DNA from: a virus
Length of the DNA: 64,000 nt
Virus genome (UHGV): UHGV-0039337
Direction: 5' to 3' (one strand)
In this document: piece by piece, positions 1-10,024 of the stretch
Numbering within the stretch: position 1 is the first letter of the stretch
Layout: each line of letters starts with the position of its first letter
Position numbers and translations under genes: made by a program
The notes under the pieces: model-generated
What the model saw: the letters and a program-made list of their open reading frames with translations, nothing else
Databases searched by the model: none
Told to the model about the DNA's origin: nothing

Positions 1-236
1 GTTATCCATCCTTGTTTATCTATATTTACTGTTATCTCTTTCTTGGTATATAAATGACTACTTTCGTCATTAACTAGAATATCTACACCATTATCTACTA
101 ATTCATATATACAATAGTCTTTATTTGGTATATACATTCCCGGTCTAAGTCTTACGTGTTCTCTGTCGTCGAGAAGTTTAAAATCATCTGCTTGTCTTAC
201 TTTTTTAACCATTTTAGGTTTTTTAATTTTACTCAA
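1..236 (-). CDS. type IIA topoisomerase ATPase subunit (GyrB/ParE/T4 gp39-like), N-terminal part; gene continues past window start
   Basis: Minus-strand translation from TTG at 236 (RBS GAGGTGA 5 nt upstream) or ATG at 212 gives MVKKVRQADDFKLLDDREHVRLRPGMYIPN...YELVDNGVD, the GyrB N-terminal signature (RPGMYIG...E.VDNSVDE). Confidence 0.55.
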   Translation of the reverse strand, partial: MSKIKKPKMVKKVRQADDFKLLDDREHVRLRPGMYIPNKDYCIYELVDNGVDILVNDESSHLYTKKEITVNIDKQGWI

Positions 237-251
237 TCTATCACCTCATAA

Positions 252-527
252 CTATATATCTTGTTCTAACCATTTTGAATAATCAAACATTTTACTACTA
301 TCGTGATTTATTTCTAATAATATTTTTTTAAAATATTTATATAATGCATATTCATCATATTCATTTAATATAACAACAGGTATATTTACTATTTTGTATT
401 CCACTTTATTTATTGTTAATTCTATATGAAAAAATTCTACACCTTTTTCTTTTAACAATTCTTTCATAAAGTTAGTATCTAATTCAGTATATTCTCCTGA
501 TATTGTTTTTGTATATGTTCTAATCAT
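252..527 (-). CDS. hypothetical protein (91 aa)
   Basis: ORF in tight co-directional minus-strand array; overlaps start of downstream gene by 4 nt (translational coupling). Confidence 0.5.
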   Translation of the reverse strand: MIRTYTKTISGEYTELDTNFMKELLKEKGVEFFHIELTINKVEYKIVNIPVVILNEYDEYALYKYFKKILLEINHDSSKMFDYSKWLEQDI

Positions 528-1312
528 TTATTAAACACTTCTTTAAATGCTTTATGATTTTCTGAACTTTTATTTGGTATAGCAAATACTATAGTCTTAA
601 ATAACTTAGGATATTTATCTAATATTTCTTTAAAGATTTTGGCTACTTCATATGGATCTTGTCCAAATACACCGCATCCATAAGCTCCTAGTATTAAAGT
701 ATTTACATCATTCTTTACAGCCATGTCTATTATAAATTTTATTCTGCTTTTTAATACTTTATAATTTTCTTTGTTAGATACATTGCAATATTTCTGTGCT
801 GCAGTTTTATTAGGCGCTGCACATGTTATAACATCACAATATACATATCTATCTTCTCTTTTAAATAATACATCTGGAGTGTATAATCCTCTGTTAAGAT
901 ATAATGCTTTGTTCTTATGTTGATTATTCAATGAATAAAAGTCAGGTATTTCTTTTAATACATTATACAAATATGATTCATGACATAAGCATTCTTCTTG
1001 TGCTTTTGATCCTTTTAAAAACATACCGCCTGGATTCTTATATGAAGAAAAATTTAACACTGCAGTTATTTCATCTTTGTATTCAAATATTGCAGTTACA
1101 CTATCAAGATCACATATTATAATGTCAGCGTTTTTATCACGATTATTGTATTTTTCTAGTTCCATATTAAAACCTGTATTATATAAGTATGTCTCATCTA
1201 TACAGTCTTTAATTTCTTCTTTAAATTTTTCTTCCATTTGTTCAGTATGTTTTTTTGCTACTTGTGCTCTTTGTTCTTTATTGATCCAATATTGAGAAGT
1301 ATTATAAGCCAT
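524..1312 (-). CDS. bacterial-type poly(ADP-ribose) glycohydrolase-like macrodomain protein (DUF2263/TIGR02452 family)
   Basis: Contains the PARG signature GGMFLKGSKAQEE (GGG-X6-8-QEE) and the C-terminal macrodomain motif GAYGCGVFGQDP typical of DUF2263 proteins. Confidence 0.75.
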   Translation of the reverse strand: MAYNTSQYWINKEQRAQVAKKHTEQMEEKFKEEIKDCIDETYLYNTGFNMELEKYNNRDKNADIIICDLDSVTAIFEYKDEITAVLNFSSYKNPGGMFLKGSKAQEECLCHESYLYNVLKEIPDFYSLNNQHKNKALYLNRGLYTPDVLFKREDRYVYCDVITCAAPNKTAAQKYCNVSNKENYKVLKSRIKFIIDMAVKNDVNTLILGAYGCGVFGQDPYEVAKIFKEILDKYPKLFKTIVFAIPNKSSENHKAFKEVFNK

Positions 1313-1478
1313 TACTTATCGCACCTTTCTATTTTATATTCTATTATTTTTCTGGCATATTTATCATTTAGAAGTAATGAATCACGGATTAATTCATGAA
1401 TATATTTTATAGGTCCCATACCATAAAATTTATATTCATTACTATTGTCATATCTCAAATATATTCTGTACATCATTA

Positions 1479-1904
1479 TTAATTACCTTCATCATCTATT
1501 TCGTCTATTAAGATTGTACCTTTAATAGTTGATATTGCTGCTGTTATTAAAGTTTGTACAGTTTCTTCTCTTGTAAATTGCCCTTCTAAAGGTGCAGAAT
1601 ATTTAGCTGGTCTATATTGTTTGCCTTGTATTTTATTAGCGTCTTCCATATGATATACGTTGATTACGAATATATTTACTATCGGAGTACCATTTTTATG
1701 ATCTATGCTTTGCCCGTCATATATAAATACATATGGTTCTTCATCTCCGTGTTCATTAACTATATATTCTTCTATTTTGCCTTCCCACATAAGTCTGTTA
1801 GCTAATTCTTTAGCTACTGCTCTTATTTCTTCATGCATTTTTATATCGCTGTCTATTTCAGCCCATCCAGCTTTTAAAATTTTATTAATAGTTTCATTAT
1901 CCAT
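1479..1904 (-). CDS. hypothetical protein (141 aa)
   Basis: ORF in minus-strand array; no recognisable motif. Confidence 0.5.
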   Translation of the reverse strand: MDNETINKILKAGWAEIDSDIKMHEEIRAVAKELANRLMWEGKIEEYIVNEHGDEEPYVFIYDGQSIDHKNGTPIVNIFVINVYHMEDANKIQGKQYRPAKYSAPLEGQFTREETVQTLITAAISTIKGTILIDEIDDEGN

Positions 1905-1971
1905 TATATCACTCCTTTAAAAAGATAATTAAGGCATAGACAACGCAGTGTCATCTATGCCTGTTTAGCCA

Positions 1972-2406
1972 TTATTTAGCTACAGCTGGTTTCTTTATTC
2001 CTGGTTTACCTGGTTTAGAAGGTTTAGTAGCTGCTGGTTTAGTAGCTCTATGACGTTCTGTTGTAGGTGCTTCTCCATTATCAGTAGTTTTAGCACTATC
2101 TAAAACATTTAAAGTATTTACATGACATTTAGTAAATGTTCTATTTTCTCCTTCTTCGTTTTGATATTGGTCTACTCTCATTTCACCATCTATTTCTACT
2201 AATCTTCCTTTAGTTACATAGTTACTTATGAATTCAGCAGTTTTTCCAAATGCTTCACATGGTATAAAGTCAGCTGGTCTATTACCATCTTTATCTTTAT
2301 AGTTTCTATTTACTGCAACAGTAAATTTAGCTACCATATTATTTTCTCCTATTGCTTTCACTTCTGGGTCTTTACAAAATCTTCCAGTTAATACTAATTT
2401 ATTCAT
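1972..2406 (-). CDS. ssb: single-stranded DNA-binding protein (OB fold), basic C-terminal tail instead of the usual acidic tip
   Basis: MNKLVLTGRFCKDPEVKA...ADFIPCEAFGKTAE...GRLVEIDGEMRVDQYQNEEGENRTF matches the SSB N-terminal OB-fold pattern. The C-terminus is KPGKPGIKKPAVAK rather than DDDIPF. Confidence 0.7.
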   Translation of the reverse strand: MNKLVLTGRFCKDPEVKAIGENNMVAKFTVAVNRNYKDKDGNRPADFIPCEAFGKTAEFISNYVTKGRLVEIDGEMRVDQYQNEEGENRTFTKCHVNTLNVLDSAKTTDNGEAPTTERHRATKPAATKPSKPGKPGIKKPAVAK

Positions 2407-2472
2407 TTTAAATCTCCTTATATTTGCAGGGCGTCACCTGCTACCTTTAATTATTTTTTTATTTTTTACATT

Positions 2473-2492
2473 AAAAAAGCCACCATGGGCTT
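2473..2492 (-). terminator. hairpin AAGCC-CATGGT-GGCTT followed by T-run on minus strand
   Basis: Downstream of minus gene 2560-3222. Minus strand reads AAGCCCATGGTGGCTTTTTTAATG. Confidence 0.45.
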
Positions 2493-2559
2493 GTCCATTT
2501 AAGCAAAATTTACTAAGGCTGGACCTTGCCTATTTTATTACATGTATAATATATGCTTC

Positions 2560-3222
2560 TTATTCTTCATCGTCATTAGGGAATATAAAATCAAATAAAG
2601 CTTCTGCATTAGCATCATCTATAAAATCTGTGCTATGCTCTATAGCATTTATTTCAAGATTACTAAAGTCTACTATATATGCTATTAATTGTTGTTCTGT
2701 TAATACAGTTGCCATACATGCAGCATATGCTCTAGGTAATCCTGGATTCATGTAATTAAATTTTTCTTTATATGCTTCAAAACATTCATTTTCTGTTAAA
2801 TATAATCCTATAGAATCAGCTGTATTTTCATCTAATCCTTCATCTTTTAATTCATTATAAGCATCTGTTATATCTACTTCTTCATCGTTGTCATTTAACA
2901 CTACTCTTACAACTTCTGCATCTTCAAATATTTTATCAGCATTTTTAACATTAGTAGAATCTTCTTCTACTGTTTCAGTCTCAGCAGTTACATCTTCAGG
3001 TTCTTCTACGTCTTCAACTATAGATTCTTCTATTTCATCTTCTGCTAATTCTTCTTCGTGTACTATACCAGTTGGTATATTTGATACAGTGCACATATCA
3101 ATGAATATTTCAATGTACTTACCTCTAAGTTCTGCTCTCTTAGCAACATCTTCTACGCTTTCTAATTCTTCTGCCATTTTGTCTAGTTGGCTAACTATAT
3201 AATCTTTTTGTTTTTTATTCAT
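2560..3222 (-). CDS. acidic hypothetical protein (220 aa)
   Basis: ORF with Glu/Asp-rich central region; minus-strand array. Confidence 0.5.
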   Translation of the reverse strand: MNKKQKDYIVSQLDKMAEELESVEDVAKRAELRGKYIEIFIDMCTVSNIPTGIVHEEELAEDEIEESIVEDVEEPEDVTAETETVEEDSTNVKNADKIFEDAEVVRVVLNDNDEEVDITDAYNELKDEGLDENTADSIGLYLTENECFEAYKEKFNYMNPGLPRAYAACMATVLTEQQLIAYIVDFSNLEINAIEHSTDFIDDANAEALFDFIFPNDDEE

Positions 3223-3341
3223 TAATCATTTCTCCTTTTATTATATAATATTATTTTTTTACTAGATTTTTTTATCATTATAGTGTATCATAATAGTATA
3301 ATCCCTTTTAAGTGATTACATTACTCCATACTATAATAATA

Positions 3342-3369
3342 AGGGGCGATCCGTTTTGCGGTCGCCCCT
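3342..3369 (-). terminator. 8-bp GC-rich hairpin AGGGGCGA...TCGCCCCT after clpX
   Basis: Perfect 8-bp stem immediately 3' of the clpX stop; T/A-rich flank. Confidence 0.45.
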
Positions 3370-3380
3370 CTCTCTTTCTA

Positions 3381-4240
3381 TTATTCAATTGCTTCTTTTG
3401 CTGTTTCTCTTAATATATCTACTGTTAAATCTTCACGTACTATTACTTTTTTTACTGTAGGATCTCCTGGAACCTCAAATTTGGTTTCAAATAATATATC
3501 TTCCATTACTGTTCTTAATGCTCTAGCACCCATTTTTCTTTCTTTTGCTTTTTGTGCTATTTTAGGCAATGCACCTTCTTCTATGTCAAAATCTATACCA
3601 TCCATTTTAAATTCTTCTTTATATTGTTTTAATAAAGCATGTTTAGGTTGAGTTAGAATCTTAACCATGGCTTCTTCACTTAATTCATGATATACAGCTA
3701 ATAATGGACATCTGCCTATAACTTCTGGTATTATACCAAATTCTACTAAATCATCTGGTATGACTTGAGATATAACATTATTATAATCCATTTCTCCTTT
3801 TGATTCTGGCTTACCATTAAACCCTATGCCTACAGATCCTTTTTTAAGTCTTTTATTTATTATTTCTTCTAGACCTACAAATGCTCCACCTAATATAAAT
3901 AATATATTAGTAGTGTCTATTTTAACGCTTTTAGAATCTAATTTATTTAATTTAACGTCCATTTCGCAGCCTTCAATCATTTTTAGTATAGATTGTTGTA
4001 CTGCTTTACCGTTAACATCTTTGTTATCTCCTCTTGCATCAGATGCTTTAATTTTGTCAAATTCATCTATAAATACTATTCCTTTTTGTGTTTTTTCTAC
4101 GTCTCTACCTGCTGCGATATATAAATCTTTTATCATATCCTCTGTATCACGTCCAACATATCCTGTGCTTGAGAAAGAACTGGCGTCTTGTATAGTAAAT
4201 GGTATATCCATACAAGAACATATAGCTCTTATGGTTTCAC
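3381..4240 (-). CDS. clpX: ATP-dependent Clp protease ATP-binding subunit ClpX, exon 2
   Basis: Reading upstream of the ORF in frame gives SGKSETIRAICSCMDIPFTIQDASSFSSTGYVGRDTEDMI, which matches ClpX GSGKTLLAQTLA..PF..ADAT.LTEAGYVGEDVENI. Walker B IVFIDEFDKI and sensor regions are present. Joins exon 1 GPTG to exon 2 SGKS. Confidence 0.8.
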
Positions 4241-5441
4241 TTTTCCCACTCGTTCGTTATTAGCGCATAGTTTTTTATCTATGCCTCTGGGCCATTACAG
4301 CCATTTTCATCGGTGTGTTAATTCACACTCAGTCTAGCGTACTTGTTTACGTAATTTACTTGGACAAAACGTAGGACGGCCTCTTGGTGCATTATTTCAG
4401 CACTACGCGTTGCGCCTGACGTGTTGACATATCAACACTCACTATATCACTATAGCTTATCCACTTTTATAGTGGCGCCTTCGGGCTCGAATACACTGTA
4501 TGCAATTTACAATCATACTTTACGTGATCTTCGCTTAATTCCATCCTCATAATCTAGAGTCTTCATTGTCCTTTTGGCTCTAGACGGCAGTAATCTAAGT
4601 ATTTTTTATATTTTCTATCTAAATATATTGTAGCATCTTTATATAACCATTTTAAAAATGCTTCTAACGCTTTAGTACTTGATATATTTAATTCAGGTAT
4701 TTTATAGTCATATTCATAAATTCTAATATGATCTATGGTTTCTTCAACATTATATTTAATAGTTTCTATTAATGATTCTAAAACTGTTCTATCATAGCAT
4801 ATAATTCTAAAAGTAGTACTACCTTTAGTTCTTATGTTTAGGTTTCCATCTCCATCGTATAATCCTCTTATAAAATGATTCATATATTCATTAGGTATAT
4901 CTGGAACAACCCATCCATATGTTTTGTTATGCACTACTCCTAGTTCTTTTAATTTTGTTGCTATAATTTTATCTCTTATATTTATTCTATAATAATCAGT
5001 TCCATTTATTGTTTTTATTCCTACTTTGTGGCTGCTTTCTATATCTGCTTTAAATTTTTCTATGTGTTCTTTATCTTTTATACATATGTCGAGTCCTCCA
5101 TCTTCTGATAAATATCCATCAGCAAATATAAAACCTAACCAATAAGCACTTTTTTCATTCCATTCATTAAAGAAATTACTATTAACTGATTTTTTATTAT
5201 AATGTTGAACTATATTAACACCTGCGGCTTTCATTCTAATAGAAAGCGTACCTCTGTCTCTTTTTAACTGTTTTGCTATTTTAGTAATACTTAAGCCTTC
5301 ATTAAACATATTAGTGGCTTGTTGTATCTCTTCATCTGATATCCTCAAGATAATCACTCCATATTGTGTATTTATCTCTATATTACCGCTACCAGATGAT
5401 CTAATAGAAAATATTGTAAATTTTACTTAGATTATTTGTTT
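4241..5441 (-). mobile_element. group I intron (about 1.2 kb) interrupting clpX within the Walker A codons, carrying a LAGLIDADG homing endonuclease ORF
   Basis: Exon 1 ends ...GGC CCA ACC GGT (last nt U). The intron ends with G immediately before AGT GGG AAA AGT. A GC-richer structured core lies at 4244-4560. Splicing restores GPTGSGKS. Confidence 0.7.
4563..5357 (-). CDS. LAGLIDADG family homing endonuclease (intron-encoded), N-terminal HTH
   Basis: Two LAGLIDADG motifs: WLGFIFADGYL and FIRGLYDGDGNL. Confidence 0.8.
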   Translation of the reverse strand: MIILRISDEEIQQATNMFNEGLSITKIAKQLKRDRGTLSIRMKAAGVNIVQHYNKKSVNSNFFNEWNEKSAYWLGFIFADGYLSEDGGLDICIKDKEHIEKFKADIESSHKVGIKTINGTDYYRINIRDKIIATKLKELGVVHNKTYGWVVPDIPNEYMNHFIRGLYDGDGNLNIRTKGSTTFRIICYDRTVLESLIETIKYNVEETIDHIRIYEYDYKIPELNISSTKALEAFLKWLYKDATIYLDRKYKKYLDYCRLEPKGQ

Positions 5442-5843
5442 ACCGGTTGGGCCTAAGAATATAATATTTGATTTATCTATTCTTAATTTATTAGATGCAC
5501 TAGGATCTTCTTCTAATCTTTTTATTCTTTTAGTATGAGAATATAGTTCTGTTGCTATAGTTACTTTAGGTCTTTCTTGTTCTATAACCCAATCATCAAG
5601 ATATTTCTTTATATCTCTTGGAGTATTTATTTCAGTTTTTGCTTGTTCACTATCTTTTTCTAATAAAACTTTTTGTCTTTCTTCAAATTTTTCATATCCT
5701 AATTTTAAACAATTAGAACATATTCTTATCTTTTTGCCATCTACATTTGCTTTAGATTTGTATAAAACAATACCTTTTTCACTTAATTCTTCTTCAGTAT
5801 ATTCTTTACCACAGAAATTACATTTTTTAGTATTCTCAGCCAT
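5442..5843 (-). CDS. clpX: ClpX exon 1 (zinc-binding N domain plus start of Walker A)
   Basis: C4 zinc finger CNFCGK...CSNC and ...IIFLGPTG at the exon end. ORF read-through KQII* is intron sequence. Confidence 0.8.
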
Positions 5844-5871
5844 TATTAATCACTCCCTTTATTTTTATTTA

Positions 5872-6489
5872 TTATATATCATTTCTTGAACTTATTATTT
5901 TATCTACTAAACCCATTTCTAAAGTTTCTTCGGCATTTAACCATGTGTCTAATTTCATCATTTGTCTAAAGTTTTCTAATGATACTTTTCTTGTGTAATC
6001 TGGGTTTAATCTGCTATATAATTTTTCTGCTAATATTTTATTTAAATATTTACTGTGCTCAAAACTAGCTTCCATGTCGTGAACTTTTCCTTGACTGCCT
6101 GAAGATACTTCATGGACCATTACAGAAGATGTAGGTAATATAAATCTTTTACCTGGTGCTCCTTGTGATAATAGGAACGCACCCATAGATGCACTCATAC
6201 CCATACATAAAGTACCTACGTCACAAGATATAAAGTTCATAGTATCGGCTATTGCTAAACCATCGTGTACGCTTCCTCCTGGTGAGTTTATATATAAGAA
6301 TATGTCTTTTTTAGGATCTTCTGCTTCTAAAAATAATAATTGTGCACATATTAAGTTTGAGCTTACATTTGTTACTTCGTCGCCTAAAAATACTATTCTG
6401 TCTTTTAATAGTCTAGAATATATGTCATATGCTCTTTCGCCTTTATTTGTTTGTTCTATTACAGTTGGTATTAATGCCATAAAAAACAC
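5872..6489 (-). CDS. clpP: ATP-dependent Clp protease proteolytic subunit ClpP
   Basis: FLGDEV.....[39 protein letters not shown]...[15 protein letters not shown]...RF.LP...MVHE matches the ClpP Ser-His-Asp catalytic core. Confidence 0.85.
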   Translation of the reverse strand: MFFMALIPTVIEQTNKGERAYDIYSRLLKDRIVFLGDEVTNVSSNLICAQLLFLEAEDPKKDIFLYINSPGGSVHDGLAIADTMNFISCDVGTLCMGMSASMGAFLLSQGAPGKRFILPTSSVMVHEVSSGSQGKVHDMEASFEHSKYLNKILAEKLYSRLNPDYTRKVSLENFRQMMKLDTWLNAEETLEMGLVDKIISSRNDI

Positions 6490-6494
6490 TCTCC

Positions 6495-7310
6495 TTATTT
6501 ATTTAATTCTTTTATTATTTTTAAATAATCGTCATTTGTAATTCTCGATCTCATAAATTGTTTGGCTCTTTTCAATTGTCGTGATACCCACGTTTTATTT
6601 CTTTTATATTTTTTGGCTATTTCTACTTGTGTTAAATCTTTGAAATAATGCATCATTACTATGTCGTATGCTAATTCATCATATTCTTTTAATAATTGTA
6701 ATTTTTGCTTAACAAATTCTTTAGCTTCAAATAAAACTATATCTTTTTCTTCATAGTCTTGACACACTGCATCTGTCACTTTACTTTTAGATGCAGAGCT
6801 TGTCATTTGATTAATAGAATTAGAGTGCGCTGACTCTATATACATTGCGTTTACACTTAAGCCATTATGCTTTTGATTTATTTGTCTAGTAAGTTTTACA
6901 TAATGTTGATACATTAAAGTAGATGCGTATGCTATAAATCCTGCATTTCCTTTTACAATACTATATGTGTTAACGGCTTTTAACCAGCCTAATCTTATTC
7001 TAGCAAATAATTCTGTATTTTCTTTATCAACACTATTACTGTACTCAGCTTTATAAAAATCATTAGCATATTTATTGATACAAAAATGTATACTATTTTT
7101 AGTTTTATTATACAATGCAGTCCAATATTCATCTTCATTATATTTTTGACACAATAGAACTAATTGTTCATTTGATAGAAGGCTAGGTTCAATTTGTGAA
7201 TCATGTATATCTGTTATTCTTTTATCTATTGCATCAAGATAACGTTGGTCATTGGTTTTATTGTATAATTTAACGATTTGCAACTCTGTTAAGCTATTTA
7301 ACTCTTCCAA
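6495..7310 (-). CDS. sigma-70 family RNA polymerase sigma factor
   Basis: Region 2-like [23 protein letters not shown] and region 4 [32 protein letters not shown]. Confidence 0.7.
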   Translation of the reverse strand: MEELNSLTELQIVKLYNKTNDQRYLDAIDKRITDIHDSQIEPSLLSNEQLVLLCQKYNEDEYWTALYNKTKNSIHFCINKYANDFYKAEYSNSVDKENTELFARIRLGWLKAVNTYSIVKGNAGFIAYASTLMYQHYVKLTRQINQKHNGLSVNAMYIESAHSNSINQMTSSASKSKVTDAVCQDYEEKDIVLFEAKEFVKQKLQLLKEYDELAYDIVMMHYFKDLTQVEIAKKYKRNKTWVSRQLKRAKQFMRSRITNDDYLKIIKELNK

Positions 7311-7347
7311 TATTATCCCTCAATTATAAAGCAAAAAAGAAGCTGGT

Positions 7348-8169
7348 TTATTTCAGCTTCTTTAATGTCTCTATTATAAAATCCTTAAACTCTATAGGCA
7401 CTACTATTTCATTCTTTTCATCCATAATAATTAATGTACCGTTATCTTTTTCTATAGTAATCATATTATTGCTATTTGCATATGAATATACCTCATAATC
7501 ACCTTTGTCTTTAGACATTGGTAAAATACAAGATAATGGAGCTTCTTTTAGATCTATTGATAACAATCCTTCATCGTCTTCATCTTCGTCATCATTTATT
7601 TCATCTGTTCCTAAAACGGCTTTTAATAAATCTGATATAGCTTTATTAGCTTCTTCTTCAATACTAGAAGAGAATCCATTATCCTCTGTATCTTTTGACA
7701 GAGATTTTTCAAATTCCTTTTTAAAATTTTCTTTATATTCTTTCCATTCTTCATCTGTTAATAATACATTTTCTTCACTATCCATATAAATAGTAAAGTT
7801 TGTATATTTTCTTGCATCTGATATTACATTTATAGAATATATTTTATCAGATTTATTTGCTAGTTTTACTATATGATTACGTACATAATCTAAATCTACA
7901 TCAAAACCATTTACTATTATAGTATTCGTTATTTCAGTATCATTTATTTCTGTTAATACATTAAGTAAATTACTTTCTTTAGTGAATTTAAAATTATCTT
8001 CATCTATATCATCACCGTATATTTCTGTTTCTATTCCTAATTCCATGTTAGCATTAAAAACTACAATAGGATCTATTATTATATCTGATTTTGATAATTT
8101 AACTCCACTTTCAAATATGCTTCTTTCTATATTTTCTTTTGGTACTATAGTATACTTAATCCTGCTCAT
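7348..8169 (-). CDS. acidic hypothetical protein (273 aa)
   Basis: ORF; D/E-rich; minus-strand array. Confidence 0.5.
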   Translation of the reverse strand: MSRIKYTIVPKENIERSIFESGVKLSKSDIIIDPIVVFNANMELGIETEIYGDDIDEDNFKFTKESNLLNVLTEINDTEITNTIIVNGFDVDLDYVRNHIVKLANKSDKIYSINVISDARKYTNFTIYMDSEENVLLTDEEWKEYKENFKKEFEKSLSKDTEDNGFSSSIEEEANKAISDLLKAVLGTDEINDDEDEDDEGLLSIDLKEAPLSCILPMSKDKGDYEVYSYANSNNMITIEKDNGTLIIMDEKNEIVVPIEFKDFIIETLKKLK

Positions 8170-8237
8170 TTATTTATATCCTCCCGATTTATATATATTT
8201 GAATATAATATATACTTATTTATCGGTTTAGTTATCG

Positions 8238-9494
8238 TTATTGTAAATCTGCAAATATTTTAGACATTTCACTTCTTACATCTACAGGTAGATACATAAC
8301 TCCGACTAATGGCTCGTTTTTTGATTGATCTATAAAAGCACTAAGTCCATTGTCTATTTTATATCTTTTTTCTGTTTGATTTTTTATATCGCCCATCATA
8401 ACAAACATAGAACCTTTACCTATTCTAGTACCTGCTACTTTTATAAGTTTTAACGATAAGTCTTCGGCTTCATCAAGTATAACTATAGTTCTATCTACTG
8501 ATACACCTTTTAAGTTTTGTACTATATCCATATCTAATTGATATCCTCTTCTTTTAGCTGCATCTTCATTTGTTGGATCAAATGCTTCTTTTACATCATA
8601 CATTGAATCATTAGTTAAGTATTGAGTCATAGGAGTGAAAAAGTGACCTAATTTTGCATAAAAGTCTCCAGGTAAATATCCTATCTCTGTTTCATCAACA
8701 GCTATTGGATTTCTTAGTAATAGCATTTTATCATATAATCCTGAATAAATTCTTTCTTCCATCATGTTTACGGCAAGTCGGCTTTTACCAGCACCATACG
8801 TACCTGCTATTACTTTTATAGGTACTTTATCATTATATAATAAATCCATAGCACAAGCTTGATATATGTTTAGTGGTTTTACTCTGGCGCTTTTATAATG
8901 TATGTCTACAAATTCTTCTGTATTTGCGTCCCAACGAACTGCTGATTCAGTATTAGTATCTGTATCATGTATTATTATATATTCATTAGCATATGGTCTT
9001 TTAGTTTCTAGCATGGCATACAATGCTTCATCATTTTCTTCTTCTGTACCATATAGTTCTATATAGCCTTTGTAGTCTTCTTCTTCATCTTCATCTTTAA
9101 TAGATATGGTAGGTATTTCTAATAGTTTAGCTTTTGCTTTCATACCATTATCATATGTTAATAGTTTTATGTCTACATTTTTTAAAGTGTTTTTCATGGA
9201 TACTAAACATGCTAATATTTTATTATCAGGTATTTTCATATTAAAATTATCTGGTAATGTTGCATTTTCTTGTATCGCTATTAAAATTCTATCTTCTTCT
9301 TCTAACTTATTTAATAATTTAAAAGCTTGACGTGCTTTATAATTTTTTTCTCCGTCTCCGAAATCTTTATGATTGTCAAGTTCATCAAGTACTACAGAAC
9401 ATACTAAAGCTGTTGCATTTTCTCTTTCTAATAATTTATCTACTCCCTCTGGGCTTTGCATAAGCGCTGAAGTATCACAGAATACATATTTCAT
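8238..9494 (-). CDS. PIN domain plus PhoH-like P-loop ATPase (YlaK-like)
   Basis: N-terminal PIN-like CDTSALM...VLDELD and Walker A VIAGTYGAGKSRLA typical of PhoH/YlaK proteins. Confidence 0.7.
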   Translation of the reverse strand: MKYVFCDTSALMQSPEGVDKLLERENATALVCSVVLDELDNHKDFGDGEKNYKARQAFKLLNKLEEEDRILIAIQENATLPDNFNMKIPDNKILACLVSMKNTLKNVDIKLLTYDNGMKAKAKLLEIPTISIKDEDEEEDYKGYIELYGTEEENDEALYAMLETKRPYANEYIIIHDTDTNTESAVRWDANTEEFVDIHYKSARVKPLNIYQACAMDLLYNDKVPIKVIAGTYGAGKSRLAVNMMEERIYSGLYDKMLLLRNPIAVDETEIGYLPGDFYAKLGHFFTPMTQYLTNDSMYDVKEAFDPTNEDAAKRRGYQLDMDIVQNLKGVSVDRTIVILDEAEDLSLKLIKVAGTRIGKGSMFVMMGDIKNQTEKRYKIDNGLSAFIDQSKNEPLVGVMYLPVDVRSEMSKIFADLQ

Positions 9495-9544
9495 ATATAT
9501 CTCCCACTTTCTCTATATTTGTAGTTCTGTACAGATATTACTTA

Positions 9545-10021
9545 TTATAAGACTTCATATTTAGTTTTAACTTGTAATTGTTTTAGCATGTATACTTTTG
9601 GAGTTACAACTAAATGTAATTTTGCTATATGTTCATTTAATTCTGCTTTAGTACCAACGAATACATCAAAATCTTTTTCAGAATAATCTCCTATTACTAT
9701 TAAATATTCTCCAAAGTCTTTTGCTTCTAAATGATGCTTAATATCATCTGCTACTTCTATAGGTTCTGATTCATTTAAATCGTGATCATAATCAGGTGCT
9801 GCTTTAAATGTATATTCTTCTTTAGTTGTTTTAACTTTTTCTTCTGGTACATATATATCATTTTTTATATATGCTTTAGAAGCATCTTCTAGTATTTCTT
9901 GTGGTCCAAATTTTATTTGCATACATTCTCCTGTTGCTTTATTAACTACTGCTATATCTCCTTCTTTTGAAAAAACATATCCTGCAGTTTCATCTAATGT
10001 ACTGTTAAATATTTTAGGCAT
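9545..10021 (-). CDS. hypothetical protein (158 aa)
   Basis: ORF in minus-strand array. Confidence 0.5.
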   Translation of the reverse strand: MPKIFNSTLDETAGYVFSKEGDIAVVNKATGECMQIKFGPQEILEDASKAYIKNDIYVPEEKVKTTKEEYTFKAAPDYDHDLNESEPIEVADDIKHHLEAKDFGEYLIVIGDYSEKDFDVFVGTKAELNEHIAKLHLVVTPKVYMLKQLQVKTKYEVL

Positions 10022-10024
10022 TGA

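Noticed and set aside
904-1295. Plus-strand ORFs 904-1122 and 1077-1295 (and similar plus-strand ORFs throughout, e.g. 1617-1920, 2888-3202, 3826-4263, 7505-8263, 9106-9564, 27529-27873, 50953-51381, 52334-53229, 61319-61513)
   Set aside because: All lie antisense within well-supported minus-strand genes. They have low-complexity S/L/I/F-rich composition typical of AT-rich antisense frames, and no RBS.
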